Source: a virus (lineage: Duplodnaviria > Caudoviricetes). Taken from it: a stretch of DNA of 64,000 nucleotides. The stretch lies in the IMG/VR virus record IMGVR_UViG_3300037067_003400, positions 128,001-192,000 of that record; one strand, given 5' to 3'. Under the pieces are notes generated by a model. It did not search any database, was not told the origin of the DNA, and worked only from the letters and a program-made list of their open reading frames with translations. The first letter of the stretch is position 1. Each line of letters starts with the position of its first letter. The translations under genes were made by a program, and so were the position numbers. Below are positions 18,803-26,243 of the stretch, piece by piece.

Positions 18803-19321
18803 TTAAGAGAACTGGCTTACTAACTGAGCTGCCATATCTGCTCTATAGTTTTTATTCTTATCTAACAAGTTATTCATTACTACTCTTAAAGGTGATCTAT
18901 ATACTAATCTAAATGTAACGAAGTGACTTATGCTATCATTAGGAGCTACTACTTTTATTCTTAGGGTTCCATCAGTTTGTATTTTTACTTCACCTTCTGG
19001 TGTAGATACTGGAGCTTCTAAGTTAAGTAAAGATGTTAAGGCTGTTTTAGTTGTCCAATATTTGTTGATAACATTAGCCCCTACTGCTAGAGATGCTGTT
19101 ACATCTGTTGGAGCTGTAGTTGCTGGTATCCCATCAATCTCATAAGTCTCTGTTAGAACAAGTCCGATAGTTGACCCTGCTACAGGGTTAGGGTTAGTGT
19201 ATGCTGCCTTTATAGTCCAGCCCCCAGATTCCCATGTCGCTGTCACTCCCTGAGATAGAGAGGGGAGCACTGAGAGAACCAAGAGGGTTAGAGATAGTAA
19301 AACGTTCTTCAGATATTTCAT
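18803..19321 (-). CDS. exported beta-rich hypothetical protein
   Basis: Signal peptide MKYLKNVLLSLTLLVLSVLPSLS. Confidence 0.7.
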   Translation of the reverse strand: MKYLKNVLLSLTLLVLSVLPSLSQGVTATWESGGWTIKAAYTNPNPVAGSTIGLVLTETYEIDGIPATTAPTDVTASLAVGANVINKYWTTKTALTSLLNLEAPVSTPEGEVKIQTDGTLRIKVVAPNDSISHFVTFRLVYRSPLRVVMNNLLDKNKNYRADMAAQLVSQFS

Positions 19322-19622
19322 TGTATATTCCTTTCACGTGTGTTATTATATTATGTGTTGTTGTTTCAGTGGTACTAACTACTATCTTTAGGACAGCTCC
19401 TGGTGGAAGAGGATCCATAGATACAAATTTTAGAGTCTGTATTGAAGTCTGGGTGTTGTTAGATATCTCTATGTCACAAGGATATTGATACATCCAGACC
19501 TCATAGTGTGAGCCAGCTACTAAAGTTTCATTGTAAAGTTCAACACCTACATCAAAGTTCACTTCATAGCAAAGAGCTGGTATACTTAATATTAATAAAA
19601 GTATAGTTAGTAATATTTTTAT
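19194..19622 (-). CDS. exported hypothetical protein with apparent ATA start (possible pseudogene)
   Basis: AGGAG RBS, 6 nt, then ATA-AAA-ATA-TTA giving (M)KILLTILLLILSIPALC signal peptide in frame with track ORF 19194..19562; 128-nt overlap with the next gene. Confidence 0.5.
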   Translation of the reverse strand: MKILLTILLLILSIPALCYEVNFDVGVELYNETLVAGSHYEVWMYQYPCDIEISNNTQTSIQTLKFVSMDPLPPGAVLKIVVSTTETTTHNIITHVKGIYNEISEERFTISNPLGSLSAPLSISGSDSDMGIWGLDYKGSIH

Positions 19623-19631
19623 TAGAGTCTC

Positions 19632-19709
19632 CTAAATCCTTTTGATAAGATATATAGCAAGTGCTACTCCTACAACTATTAGAACTACAGTAAGTACTGT
19701 TGTTAACAT
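19632..19709 (-). CDS. 25-aa single-TM peptide
   Basis: AGGAGA RBS; MLTTVLTVVLIVVGVALAIYLIKRI. Confidence 0.6.
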   Translation of the reverse strand: MLTTVLTVVLIVVGVALAIYLIKRI

Positions 19710-19740
19710 GTTAATCTCCTTTCTAAATTTCTCCTCCCTA

Positions 19741-19884
19741 TTATTTACTTTTTCTAACTCTATTAGGTAGTTTTCTACCACGGCTTGCATCATCCCAGTG
19801 TTTTACTTGAGCTTTTCCTCCTAAAGCTTTAGTCCCAGAACGGCTATGTGCCCATTTTCTCTGTTGGTTGCTGCGATAAGGCGT
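19741..19884 (-). CDS. small basic phage protein (47 aa) with apparent ACG start
   Basis: GAGGTG RBS, 6 nt, ACG then PYRSNQQRKWAHSRSGTKALGGKAQVKHWDDASRGRKLPNRVRKSK. Confidence 0.55.
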   Translation of the reverse strand, partial: TPYRSNQQRKWAHSRSGTKALGGKAQVKHWDDASRGRKLPNRVRKSK

Positions 19885-19902
19885 TAGTATCACCTCACTT
19901 TA

Positions 19903-19978
19903 TGGTGGAAGTTAGCAGATTCGAACTGCTGACCTATTCCTTGCAAAAGAATTGCTCTCCCAACTGAGCTAAACCCCC
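19903..19978 (-). tRNA. tRNA-Ala(UGC)
   Basis: Cloverleaf, anticodon loop TT-TGC-AA, G3:U70, TTCGAAT T-loop, encoded CCA. Confidence 0.93.
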
Positions 19979-19983
19979 ATACT

Positions 19984-20067
19984 TGGTAGGGATGATAGGA
20001 CTTGAACCTACAAGCTAAAAGCGACACGTTCTAAGCGTGTTATGTCTGCCAGTTTCATCACATCCCT
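19984..20067 (-). tRNA. tRNA-Leu(UAG)
   Basis: Cloverleaf with long variable arm, loop CT-TAG-AA, encoded CCA. Confidence 0.92.
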
Positions 20068-20068
20068 A

Positions 20069-20142
20069 TGGAGCCCCATCTAAGAATTGAACTCAGGTCC
20101 ACGGTTTACAAAACCGTTGCTTTACCACTAAGCTAAAAGGGC
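20069..20142 (-). tRNA. tRNA-Thr(UGU)
   Basis: GCCCTTT acceptor, loop TT-TGT-AA, TTCAATT T-loop, CCA. Confidence 0.9.
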
Positions 20143-20508
20143 GTCTTGTTTCTTTATATATTTATTTAGTACTGATTCTATTTCTTTAGAAAAGGTATCG
20201 AAGGTAGCATCTACTATACCAGTGCCTTCACAATATATACAGGTAACTGAGTAATGTCCAGCATGGCATTCTCCATGCCGCCATTTACTTTCATTACACT
20301 CAGGACACTTAACCTTTAGAGCTGGCATAATAGGGTGATCCTCTTGGTTATACATACTTAGTAATTCTTTAATTTCTGTTTCTAAGCTTCTTCTTACTAA
20401 TCCACCTTGACAAGCGTCACAAGTTCTTGTATAAGAACCAGCCTCAACTACTCCTGATATAACACCTGTACCATTACATTTACTACATGTTCTCATATTG
20501 TCCCCCAC
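20128..20508 (-). CDS. DnaJ-type (CxxCxGxG) zinc-finger protein without J domain
   Basis: CSKCNGTG, CDACQGG, CPEC, CIYCEGTG. Confidence 0.7.
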   Translation of the reverse strand: MGDNMRTCSKCNGTGVISGVVEAGSYTRTCDACQGGLVRRSLETEIKELLSMYNQEDHPIMPALKVKCPECNESKWRHGECHAGHYSVTCIYCEGTGIVDATFDTFSKEIESVLNKYIKKQDALLA

Positions 20509-20512
20509 TATT

Positions 20513-20586
20513 TGGATTCAGGAGAAGGAGTCGAACCTTCATTAAGTGGTCCAAGGCCACTTGTCCTGCCATTAGACTATCCTGAA
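20513..20586 (-). tRNA. tRNA-Gln(UUG), atypical C33
   Basis: TTCAGGA/TCCTGAA acceptor with U1-A72, anticodon stem AGTGG/CCACT, loop CC-TTG-GA, TTCGACT, CCA. Confidence 0.8.
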
Positions 20587-20904
20587 TTAATCTTTTAATT
20601 CACTTACGTCAAAGCATACCATGCCAAGAGTTTCGAAGACTATATCTAAACTAACAGAGTACGCTGATGCACTTAAATATAATTTACGATCTTCTATTAA
20701 AGTATAGTGCCCATTGGTAACATCTATTGGTATATCTATTACTCTTTGTATACTTGTATAGAAGTCATCCTTTGCAGTAAACTTATCTAAAGTGTCAACT
20801 ATATCTTTTACTAAAGGTCTTAATATTTTCTCGTCTACTTGTAAGGTTAAGTCACCCTCAATAATTTTCTGGTCTATTATTGGCATTTGGTTTGTAAATT
20901 TCAT
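20587..20904 (-). CDS. hypothetical protein
   Basis: ORF coupled to the upstream gene; no recognisable motif. Confidence 0.55.
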   Translation of the reverse strand: MKFTNQMPIIDQKIIEGDLTLQVDEKILRPLVKDIVDTLDKFTAKDDFYTSIQRVIDIPIDVTNGHYTLIEDRKLYLSASAYSVSLDIVFETLGMVCFDVSELKD

Positions 20905-21194
20905 TAGAACTTACCAGGTGCCCATTCTTCCCACTGTCCATCAGGAATCTTTAAGTTATGTCTTCTATATTTAAGGTATCTTACTGGTAATCCACAGAAT
21001 GGACAGTATCTGGGCATTCTCCACTCGATTGGTGTGCTATAGTATTGTTGGTCTGCTCCAGTATCCTGCTCTACACATCCTACTATATATTGTCTACCTT
21101 CTGTTGGTGTGGGGTCTGCTATTTTCCAATCACAGAAAGCCTCTTCACACTTACAGGGTTCTTTTTTATTTAGTTTGTTTGATTTCTTTCCCAT
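20904..21194 (-). CDS. hypothetical protein with CPFCG zinc-ribbon motif
   Basis: GAGG RBS; CKC...YCPFCG. Confidence 0.6.
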   Translation of the reverse strand: MGKKSNKLNKKEPCKCEEAFCDWKIADPTPTEGRQYIVGCVEQDTGADQQYYSTPIEWRMPRYCPFCGLPVRYLKYRRHNLKIPDGQWEEWAPGKF

Positions 21195-21204
21195 TTAGTC
21201 CTCA

Positions 21205-21465
21205 CTAATCTTTCTTAATAAAGTCTCGTATTCTAATCTCTTCTTCACTCCACACAACACCAGTGCCATTACATGTTCTACAGGTTTCAGGTAACGTTGA
21301 GCCTGTGCTCCAGTTATTACTTCCTATAGTCCTGTAAAATCCATTTGGTACTGATTGGTGCCCTTTACAAACTGGGCATGTGTGTGGTATCTTCACTTTA
21401 TATCCTGCAGATTTATTACGTTGATTAAAGTTCTTAATCAAAAACTTATTCATCTCCCAGTGCAA
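21205..21465 (-). CDS. DnaJ-type zinc-finger protein
   Basis: CPVCKG...CRTCNGTG. Confidence 0.65.
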   Translation of the reverse strand: MHWEMNKFLIKNFNQRNKSAGYKVKIPHTCPVCKGHQSVPNGFYRTIGSNNWSTGSTLPETCRTCNGTGVVWSEEEIRIRDFIKKD

Positions 21466-21709
21466 TATACTTTAAGAAAACTTCTTCTGACATTCTACCA
21501 AGACTATCTAATGCGTCCAGTACTTCATCATCTTCAATCCACTCTCGGATTATATCTTTTACTATTGTTTCATTCTCAAGTTTGTATTGGTAAGCTTTTT
21601 CTACAGCAACAGCTGTATTATCCCCTGCATATAAGTTAATACCTCTTATCCCATCAGTTGCCCAAGTCTCAGTCCAATCATCGGATTCAAGTATGTATAC
21701 TTTAGTCAT
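21446..21709 (-). CDS. acidic hypothetical protein
   Basis: Start reassigned to MTKVYILES after a GGAGGA RBS; the track's upstream extension overlaps a structured leader. Confidence 0.55.
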   Translation of the reverse strand: MTKVYILESDDWTETWATDGIRGINLYAGDNTAVAVEKAYQYKLENETIVKDIIREWIEDDEVLDALDSLGRMSEEVFLKYIALGDE

Positions 21710-21727
21710 GATATCCTCCAGTTGTGT

Positions 21728-21790
21728 AGGACGCTGCCCCTGGTTGGGGATTAGTGGTATAAGTGCAGGGGCAGATTTAATAATCGTCCT
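21728..21790 (-). ncRNA. candidate structured leader/small RNA
   Basis: AGGACG/CGTCCT outer stem plus CTGCCCCTG/CAGGGGCAG inner stem with a 23-nt loop, just downstream of a GTATAAT motif. Confidence 0.45.
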
Positions 21791-21797
21791 CATTTAT

Positions 21798-21804
21798 ATT
21801 ATAC
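21798..21804 (-). promoter_or_regulatory. putative promoter -10 motif
   Basis: GGGTATAATATAAAT in the intergenic gap. Confidence 0.5.
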
Positions 21805-21828
21805 CCACTAATTATAGTTTTAACCACT

Positions 21829-22089
21829 TTATCTAACCATACGACTTAAACAATCTAACTTGTTATTTATAGATTTTAAAGTAGCTATTACTTCAGTAAG
21901 TAGGGTTCCTATAGTATTTCCTTCTTCATCATAAGGAACATATTTTTTAACTATAGCCTGTTCTTGTTGGTTATTTACTGGGACTAATCCTTTTCCTCCA
22001 CAACTTTTACAGTCTGCTTGTTTGCCTTTACATTCTGGGCAGGACTTAAAAAGTTTACTATTTAGTAATCCATTATTTAGCATAGTCAT
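21829..22089 (-). CDS. DnaJ-type zinc-finger protein with C-terminal coiled coil
   Basis: CPECKG...CKSCGGKG. Confidence 0.65.
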   Translation of the reverse strand: MTMLNNGLLNSKLFKSCPECKGKQADCKSCGGKGLVPVNNQQEQAIVKKYVPYDEEGNTIGTLLTEVIATLKSINNKLDCLSRMVR

Positions 22090-22951
22090 CTTCCTCCACT
22101 AACGAGAGTAGGTAGTTAGTATATATTACTGAGTTGTAGTTCATTGCTATTTTTTTAAGTTGTTCTTTACTTATGTAACCAAGTTTGTATGCTACTTCAC
22201 CTGGGCAGCAAACAGGTTGCCCCTGTCTATGTTCTATAGTATGTACGAACTGACTGGCTTCCAAAAGAGAATCAGGTGTACCTGTATCAAGCCAGGCGAA
22301 TCCTCTTCCCAGAAATATTGTATTAAGCTTTTTATATTTTAAGTATAAGTTATTAAGATCTGTTATCTCAAGTTCTTGTCTATCAGAATAAGCTAATGAT
22401 TTCACTAACTCTACTACATCTGAATCATAATGATATAAACCAGTTACAGCCCAATCTGATTTGGGATGTGTAGGTTTTTCTTGTATCTCTATAACACGTC
22501 CATCTATGTCTAATGTAGCTACACCGTATTCACTTGGGTCACTAACTTTATATAGGAATATAGTAGCCCCAGGATTATTATTAGCTTCTTTTATTTTGTC
22601 TGAGATACCATCTCCATAAAATATATTGTCACCAAGTATAAGTGTGCATGGATTGTTTCCTATAAAGTTTTTTCCTATTATAAAAGCTTCTGCTATACCT
22701 CGTGGGTGTTCTTGAATAGCATAAGTTAGTTTTATACCTAATGCTTCTCCAGATCCTAATAGCTCATTAAACTTAGGAAGGTCTTGTCGTGTAGATATGA
22801 TAAGTATATCTCTTATTCCCCCAAGCATTAGTATACTTAGTGGGTAGTATATCATTGGCTTATTATATACTGGTAATAACTGTTTGCTAACTACTTTAGT
22901 TAGTGGGTAGAGTCGTGTTCCTGAACCTCCTGCTAATATGATTCCTTTCAT
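22073..22951 (-). CDS. rfbA: glucose-1-phosphate thymidylyltransferase (RmlA)
   Basis: MKGIILAGGSGTRLYPLT...SKQLLPVYNKPMIYYPL, LGDNIFYG, ELEITD, GRGFAWLDTGT. Confidence 0.95.
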   Translation of the reverse strand: MKGIILAGGSGTRLYPLTKVVSKQLLPVYNKPMIYYPLSILMLGGIRDILIISTRQDLPKFNELLGSGEALGIKLTYAIQEHPRGIAEAFIIGKNFIGNNPCTLILGDNIFYGDGISDKIKEANNNPGATIFLYKVSDPSEYGVATLDIDGRVIEIQEKPTHPKSDWAVTGLYHYDSDVVELVKSLAYSDRQELEITDLNNLYLKYKKLNTIFLGRGFAWLDTGTPDSLLEASQFVHTIEHRQGQPVCCPGEVAYKLGYISKEQLKKIAMNYNSVIYTNYLLSLVEEDDYAK

Positions 22952-22960
22952 GATATTCTC

Positions 22961-23074
22961 CTAAATTACATTAGTAGATTTCTTGGCAGCATCCTTTGCT
23001 TTTTTTGCAAGCTTACGTTCTTTAGGTGTTTTCTTTAAAGCTTTACTGTCTCGTTTAATTGATTTTTCAGCCAT
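22961..23074 (-). CDS. 37-aa Lys-rich peptide
   Basis: GGAGG RBS; MAEKSIKRDSKALKKTPKERKLAKKAKDAAKKSTNVI. Confidence 0.6.
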   Translation of the reverse strand: MAEKSIKRDSKALKKTPKERKLAKKAKDAAKKSTNVI

Positions 23075-23083
23075 GTATTCCTC

Positions 23084-23254
23084 CTAAGTTTTTTCAGTAG
23101 ATGCTAATGTTGGGTTTCCATATATATTTCGTTCTTGTACTTTAGTAAGTTCGCCATCTACGTAGTATTTAATCTCGTTACCTTCTATCATCTGTATTAG
23201 ATGAACCCATTTACCATCTATAAAATGCCATGTGTTAAGTTTTTCTATTAACAT
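23084..23254 (-). CDS. 56-aa protein resembling a LamG/ConA-like beta-hairpin fragment
   Basis: AGGAGG RBS; GKWVHL...IKYYVDGEL. Confidence 0.55.
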   Translation of the reverse strand: MLIEKLNTWHFIDGKWVHLIQMIEGNEIKYYVDGELTKVQERNIYGNPTLASTEKT

Positions 23255-23270
23255 AATATCCTCCTAATTA

Positions 23271-23412
23271 TACACTGGGATAGGGAGTAGTCGCTCTACT
23301 TCCACCCAGTGTGTGCCCACATAAGTGGGGTTTTCAGACTGTATACCCGAAGGTATACAACTGTAGCACAACGCTCACGTCATGCTGTGTCCAGTTACCG
23401 AAGCTTCTGGAG
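23271..23412 (-). ncRNA. candidate multi-hairpin ncRNA
   Basis: Five consecutive hairpins including two C(UUCG)G tetraloops on the minus strand, in a GC-richer intergenic gap. Confidence 0.6.
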
Positions 23413-23415
23413 GGA

Positions 23416-23706
23416 TCAATTGTGAAAGGCATCTAATAGTACTCGTTGTCCCTCTTTAGAACTGAGTAATTTATTTAGAAGTCTTTGCGCTTTACATAGT
23501 TTATCCATGTCTAATGTTTTACCATTAGTATCTTCTTCTATGCCTTTTGCTATTAGAGCATTTAGTTTATCTTTGTTCTTTTCTATATCAGCGTAGAATT
23601 GTTCATCTGTGTATTCATCATCTACACCAATTTCTATAGCAGGTTCCCCATCCATAGAAATGAATGCTCCATATTTGCGTCTAAATTGATCTTCTGTTAC
23701 TAACAT
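23416..23706 (-). CDS. hypothetical protein
   Basis: 96-aa ORF with AGGA RBS. Confidence 0.55.
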   Translation of the reverse strand: MLVTEDQFRRKYGAFISMDGEPAIEIGVDDEYTDEQFYADIEKNKDKLNALIAKGIEEDTNGKTLDMDKLCKAQRLLNKLLSSKEGQRVLLDAFHN

Positions 23707-23721
23707 TTTTACAGTCCTATC

Positions 23722-26040
23722 CTAAAACAAGTAATTTAAATCAAGTCTCATTATAGTATTACCCTCTTCTGGGTCTATGTTAAACCTATCTGTTATACTT
23801 TTCTTTGTGACGGAGAATTGAATAAAATAATCTTTACTTAATATATAGTCTATATCTATGTTAAAGTTACTATCTACTACTGGGGAACTCTGCGTCCACA
23901 TCTTATTAAGTCCATAGTATACTTTGTAGGTGGTCTTGCTATTTGTTACACATGTAACACCAGCTCCTATTGAGTACTTAGACTCATTACAAAGTTCATC
24001 ATTACTAATATTATAGTCTGTATATATAGAAGTCTTAGGTGTTATGTTCTTAGAGAGTCTATAGGTGGTGCCACTTATTGGAAGCACTCGCCCCTTTTTA
24101 TTTTCTTTCCCATCAAAGGAGTTTATTCCCAGAGTGGCTACACCTAAATTAATGTTAGCATTAATAGAAGTCTTAGCTGCTGGGGTTCCTGTAGTATCTG
24201 TAAGATGTTGTATTAGATAGTCTAACTTTATAAACTTGTTCTCTTTAGAATACTTTAAGATTCTACTATTATAATATATTCCAGTCTTAGGGTCTAACTT
24301 CTCTGAGTTATCTAATGTAGCTGTGCCACCTAATGCTTTAGCTTGTAACTTTAGTGAGTTATTCACATCAGTCTCTACTGCGTTAGTTTCTTTAGTGTTT
24401 ACTGAAGAGCCAATAGTTATATCTTTTAATCCTAAGAATTCTTTAGCTAATAGTCCATTGAGATTAAAGATTCTACCTGCTTGTCTGACATCTCCCTTTA
24501 GTTTATTGTCTGTCAAAAATGTCATCTTTAGTTTATCAGATAAAGTATAGTCAAATCCAAATGCGTAGTTTCTTTCGAAGTATTCTTCAGATTTAGCAAG
24601 ATTGTATATGTTTCCAGTCATAGAGAAGTTCTTATATAGTGGAGCATTTATATTAATAGCTTCACTGTTAATTTCTTTATCTTCTATTGTTGCTCTCTTT
24701 ATATCTGATTTAATAGCTACCTTAGTTAGGTCTGACTCTACGTGAATACTTGAAACTTTGTTCTTATAAGGTAGACTATCTTTATCTTTTACATACTTAG
24801 TATCAAGTAGATAACTAACTGATAGAGCTTTCCCGAATGTATTAGAGAAGTTTATTGTATTGGTTAAATAACTTAGTAGATTTTCTAAGTTCTTGTTATT
24901 ATTAAAGTCGTCTATGTTTATATTAAAGTTAGTAGTCTTAGATGTATACCCTATACTATATTTAGACTGACTCTTTTTATTAGTTAAACTCTGGGAAGCT
25001 ATGTTATATGCATCGAAACTTAGATACTTATTAGCCTGTAGTTTATAGGTCAGCTCTTTAGTGGAGCCCCCCAGGGTAGTAGTATTATTAGAATCGAAAG
25101 CAAACTTTCCCTGTAATAAGTTAACCCACCCTCCCAAGTTTACTCTACTAATTCCTTTGTCTGTTATCTTAAGAAACTTGCTTTCAGCTAATTCATCTGT
25201 GCCTTTAGCTGAGTAGTATACTCCAAACTTTTTAGTATCTACTGTTATACTTTTAGATTCTTTGTTTCCAGTATTAGTTTTATTTTGTGCACTTGCTATA
25301 TTAATAGTTAAATCTTTGCTCTTTACTTTTAAATCTACATTCCTACTACTTAGAGATTCTCCTTTATCATCATTTGTTTTCTTGTTAGAGAATGTAAGTG
25401 TAGTCTCTTTACTTAATTTAGAAGTAAGGTTTAAATTCTTTTCAATTATATTATCTTTATCAGTTTCTGTTTTAGTATAGCCCATATCTATATCTAATAT
25501 GCCAAGTGTAGTAGATAAGTCTTGATGCAACTGTCTACTCTTACTACCAGAAGCAGCTGTTAGTATTGGTTTAAGGTATGTCTTTTTATCCTGGGATAAT
25601 ATTATCGAACTATCTTTTCTGGTATCAGTTTCAGTTAGAAACCCAGAGAACTTTACTTTGTTACCAAAGCTATTTGTTATATTAAATGTTCCTTCTTCTA
25701 ATGTAAGACCTACATTGTTTGTAGTGCTACCAAAAGAAAGAGCAAGTGGATTTGTTTTAGTAGCTACCTTTTCTGTGTTACACGTGTATTCCACTCGTAT
25801 ACTATCAGAAGCTTTTACTTTTGTTAACACTATTATCATGCCTGTGTCATAGTTTATACTATATTCTATATCTCTTCGTAAGGTTTTAATTCCTACGCTG
25901 ACGGAATCACTCCCAGATACTATACTTTTATTTAGTGAGTAGACGTTAGAAGGTGTAGCCTTTAATACTTCTATAGTCTGTTGACAGTGGACTATAGATG
26001 CAAAAGCTAATAGTAGTAAGATTGTTAATAACCATTTCAT
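23722..26040 (-). CDS. exported, probably outer-membrane beta-barrel-like protein
   Basis: Signal peptide; N-terminal GSDSV...LRRDIEYSINYDTG module; long runs of alternating beta strands; C-terminus MRLDLNYLF with terminal Phe. Confidence 0.65.
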   Translation of the reverse strand: MKWLLTILLLLAFASIVHCQQTIEVLKATPSNVYSLNKSIVSGSDSVSVGIKTLRRDIEYSINYDTGMIIVLTKVKASDSIRVEYTCNTEKVATKTNPLALSFGSTTNNVGLTLEEGTFNITNSFGNKVKFSGFLTETDTRKDSSIILSQDKKTYLKPILTAASGSKSRQLHQDLSTTLGILDIDMGYTKTETDKDNIIEKNLNLTSKLSKETTLTFSNKKTNDDKGESLSSRNVDLKVKSKDLTINIASAQNKTNTGNKESKSITVDTKKFGVYYSAKGTDELAESKFLKITDKGISRVNLGGWVNLLQGKFAFDSNNTTTLGGSTKELTYKLQANKYLSFDAYNIASQSLTNKKSQSKYSIGYTSKTTNFNINIDDFNNNKNLENLLSYLTNTINFSNTFGKALSVSYLLDTKYVKDKDSLPYKNKVSSIHVESDLTKVAIKSDIKRATIEDKEINSEAININAPLYKNFSMTGNIYNLAKSEEYFERNYAFGFDYTLSDKLKMTFLTDNKLKGDVRQAGRIFNLNGLLAKEFLGLKDITIGSSVNTKETNAVETDVNNSLKLQAKALGGTATLDNSEKLDPKTGIYYNSRILKYSKENKFIKLDYLIQHLTDTTGTPAAKTSINANINLGVATLGINSFDGKENKKGRVLPISGTTYRLSKNITPKTSIYTDYNISNDELCNESKYSIGAGVTCVTNSKTTYKVYYGLNKMWTQSSPVVDSNFNIDIDYILSKDYFIQFSVTKKSITDRFNIDPEEGNTIMRLDLNYLF

Positions 26041-26243
26041 CTTGATATTACTTCTGTAAATCCACCCTCTCCATTTGGTACCATTTCTACTACCATCTCA
26101 GTAGGTTCTACTGGTTGTGGTAGTTCCTCTGGAGGTACTGGTATTTCTACAGTAACATATGTTCTGTTTTTTAATCCAGTTAATCCTGTAAATTCTTTTG
26201 TAGCGTTCATAGTGTATCTAAACAGCTCCTGCGTATTTTCCAC
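26037..26243 (-). CDS. hypothetical protein
   Basis: 68-aa ORF overlapping both neighbours. Confidence 0.5.
   Translation of the reverse strand: MENTQELFRYTMNATKEFTGLTGLKNRTYVTVEIPVPPEELPQPVEPTEMVVEMVPNGEGGFTEVISR

Noticed and set aside
23267-23273. GTATAAT as a promoter
   Set aside because: It abuts the RBS, leaving no room for a transcript that includes the SD, and overlaps a hairpin arm.
23271-23412. Hammerhead, twister or pistol ribozyme, or SAH/SAM riboswitch
   Set aside because: Only fragmentary resemblance (CUGAAAA before a stem, GAGCGUUG); conserved cores are missing by eye, so it is left as an unknown RNA.
23416-23706. Antitoxin-like protein (IAKGIEEDTNGKT)
   Set aside because: Resemblance too weak and there is no toxin partner.
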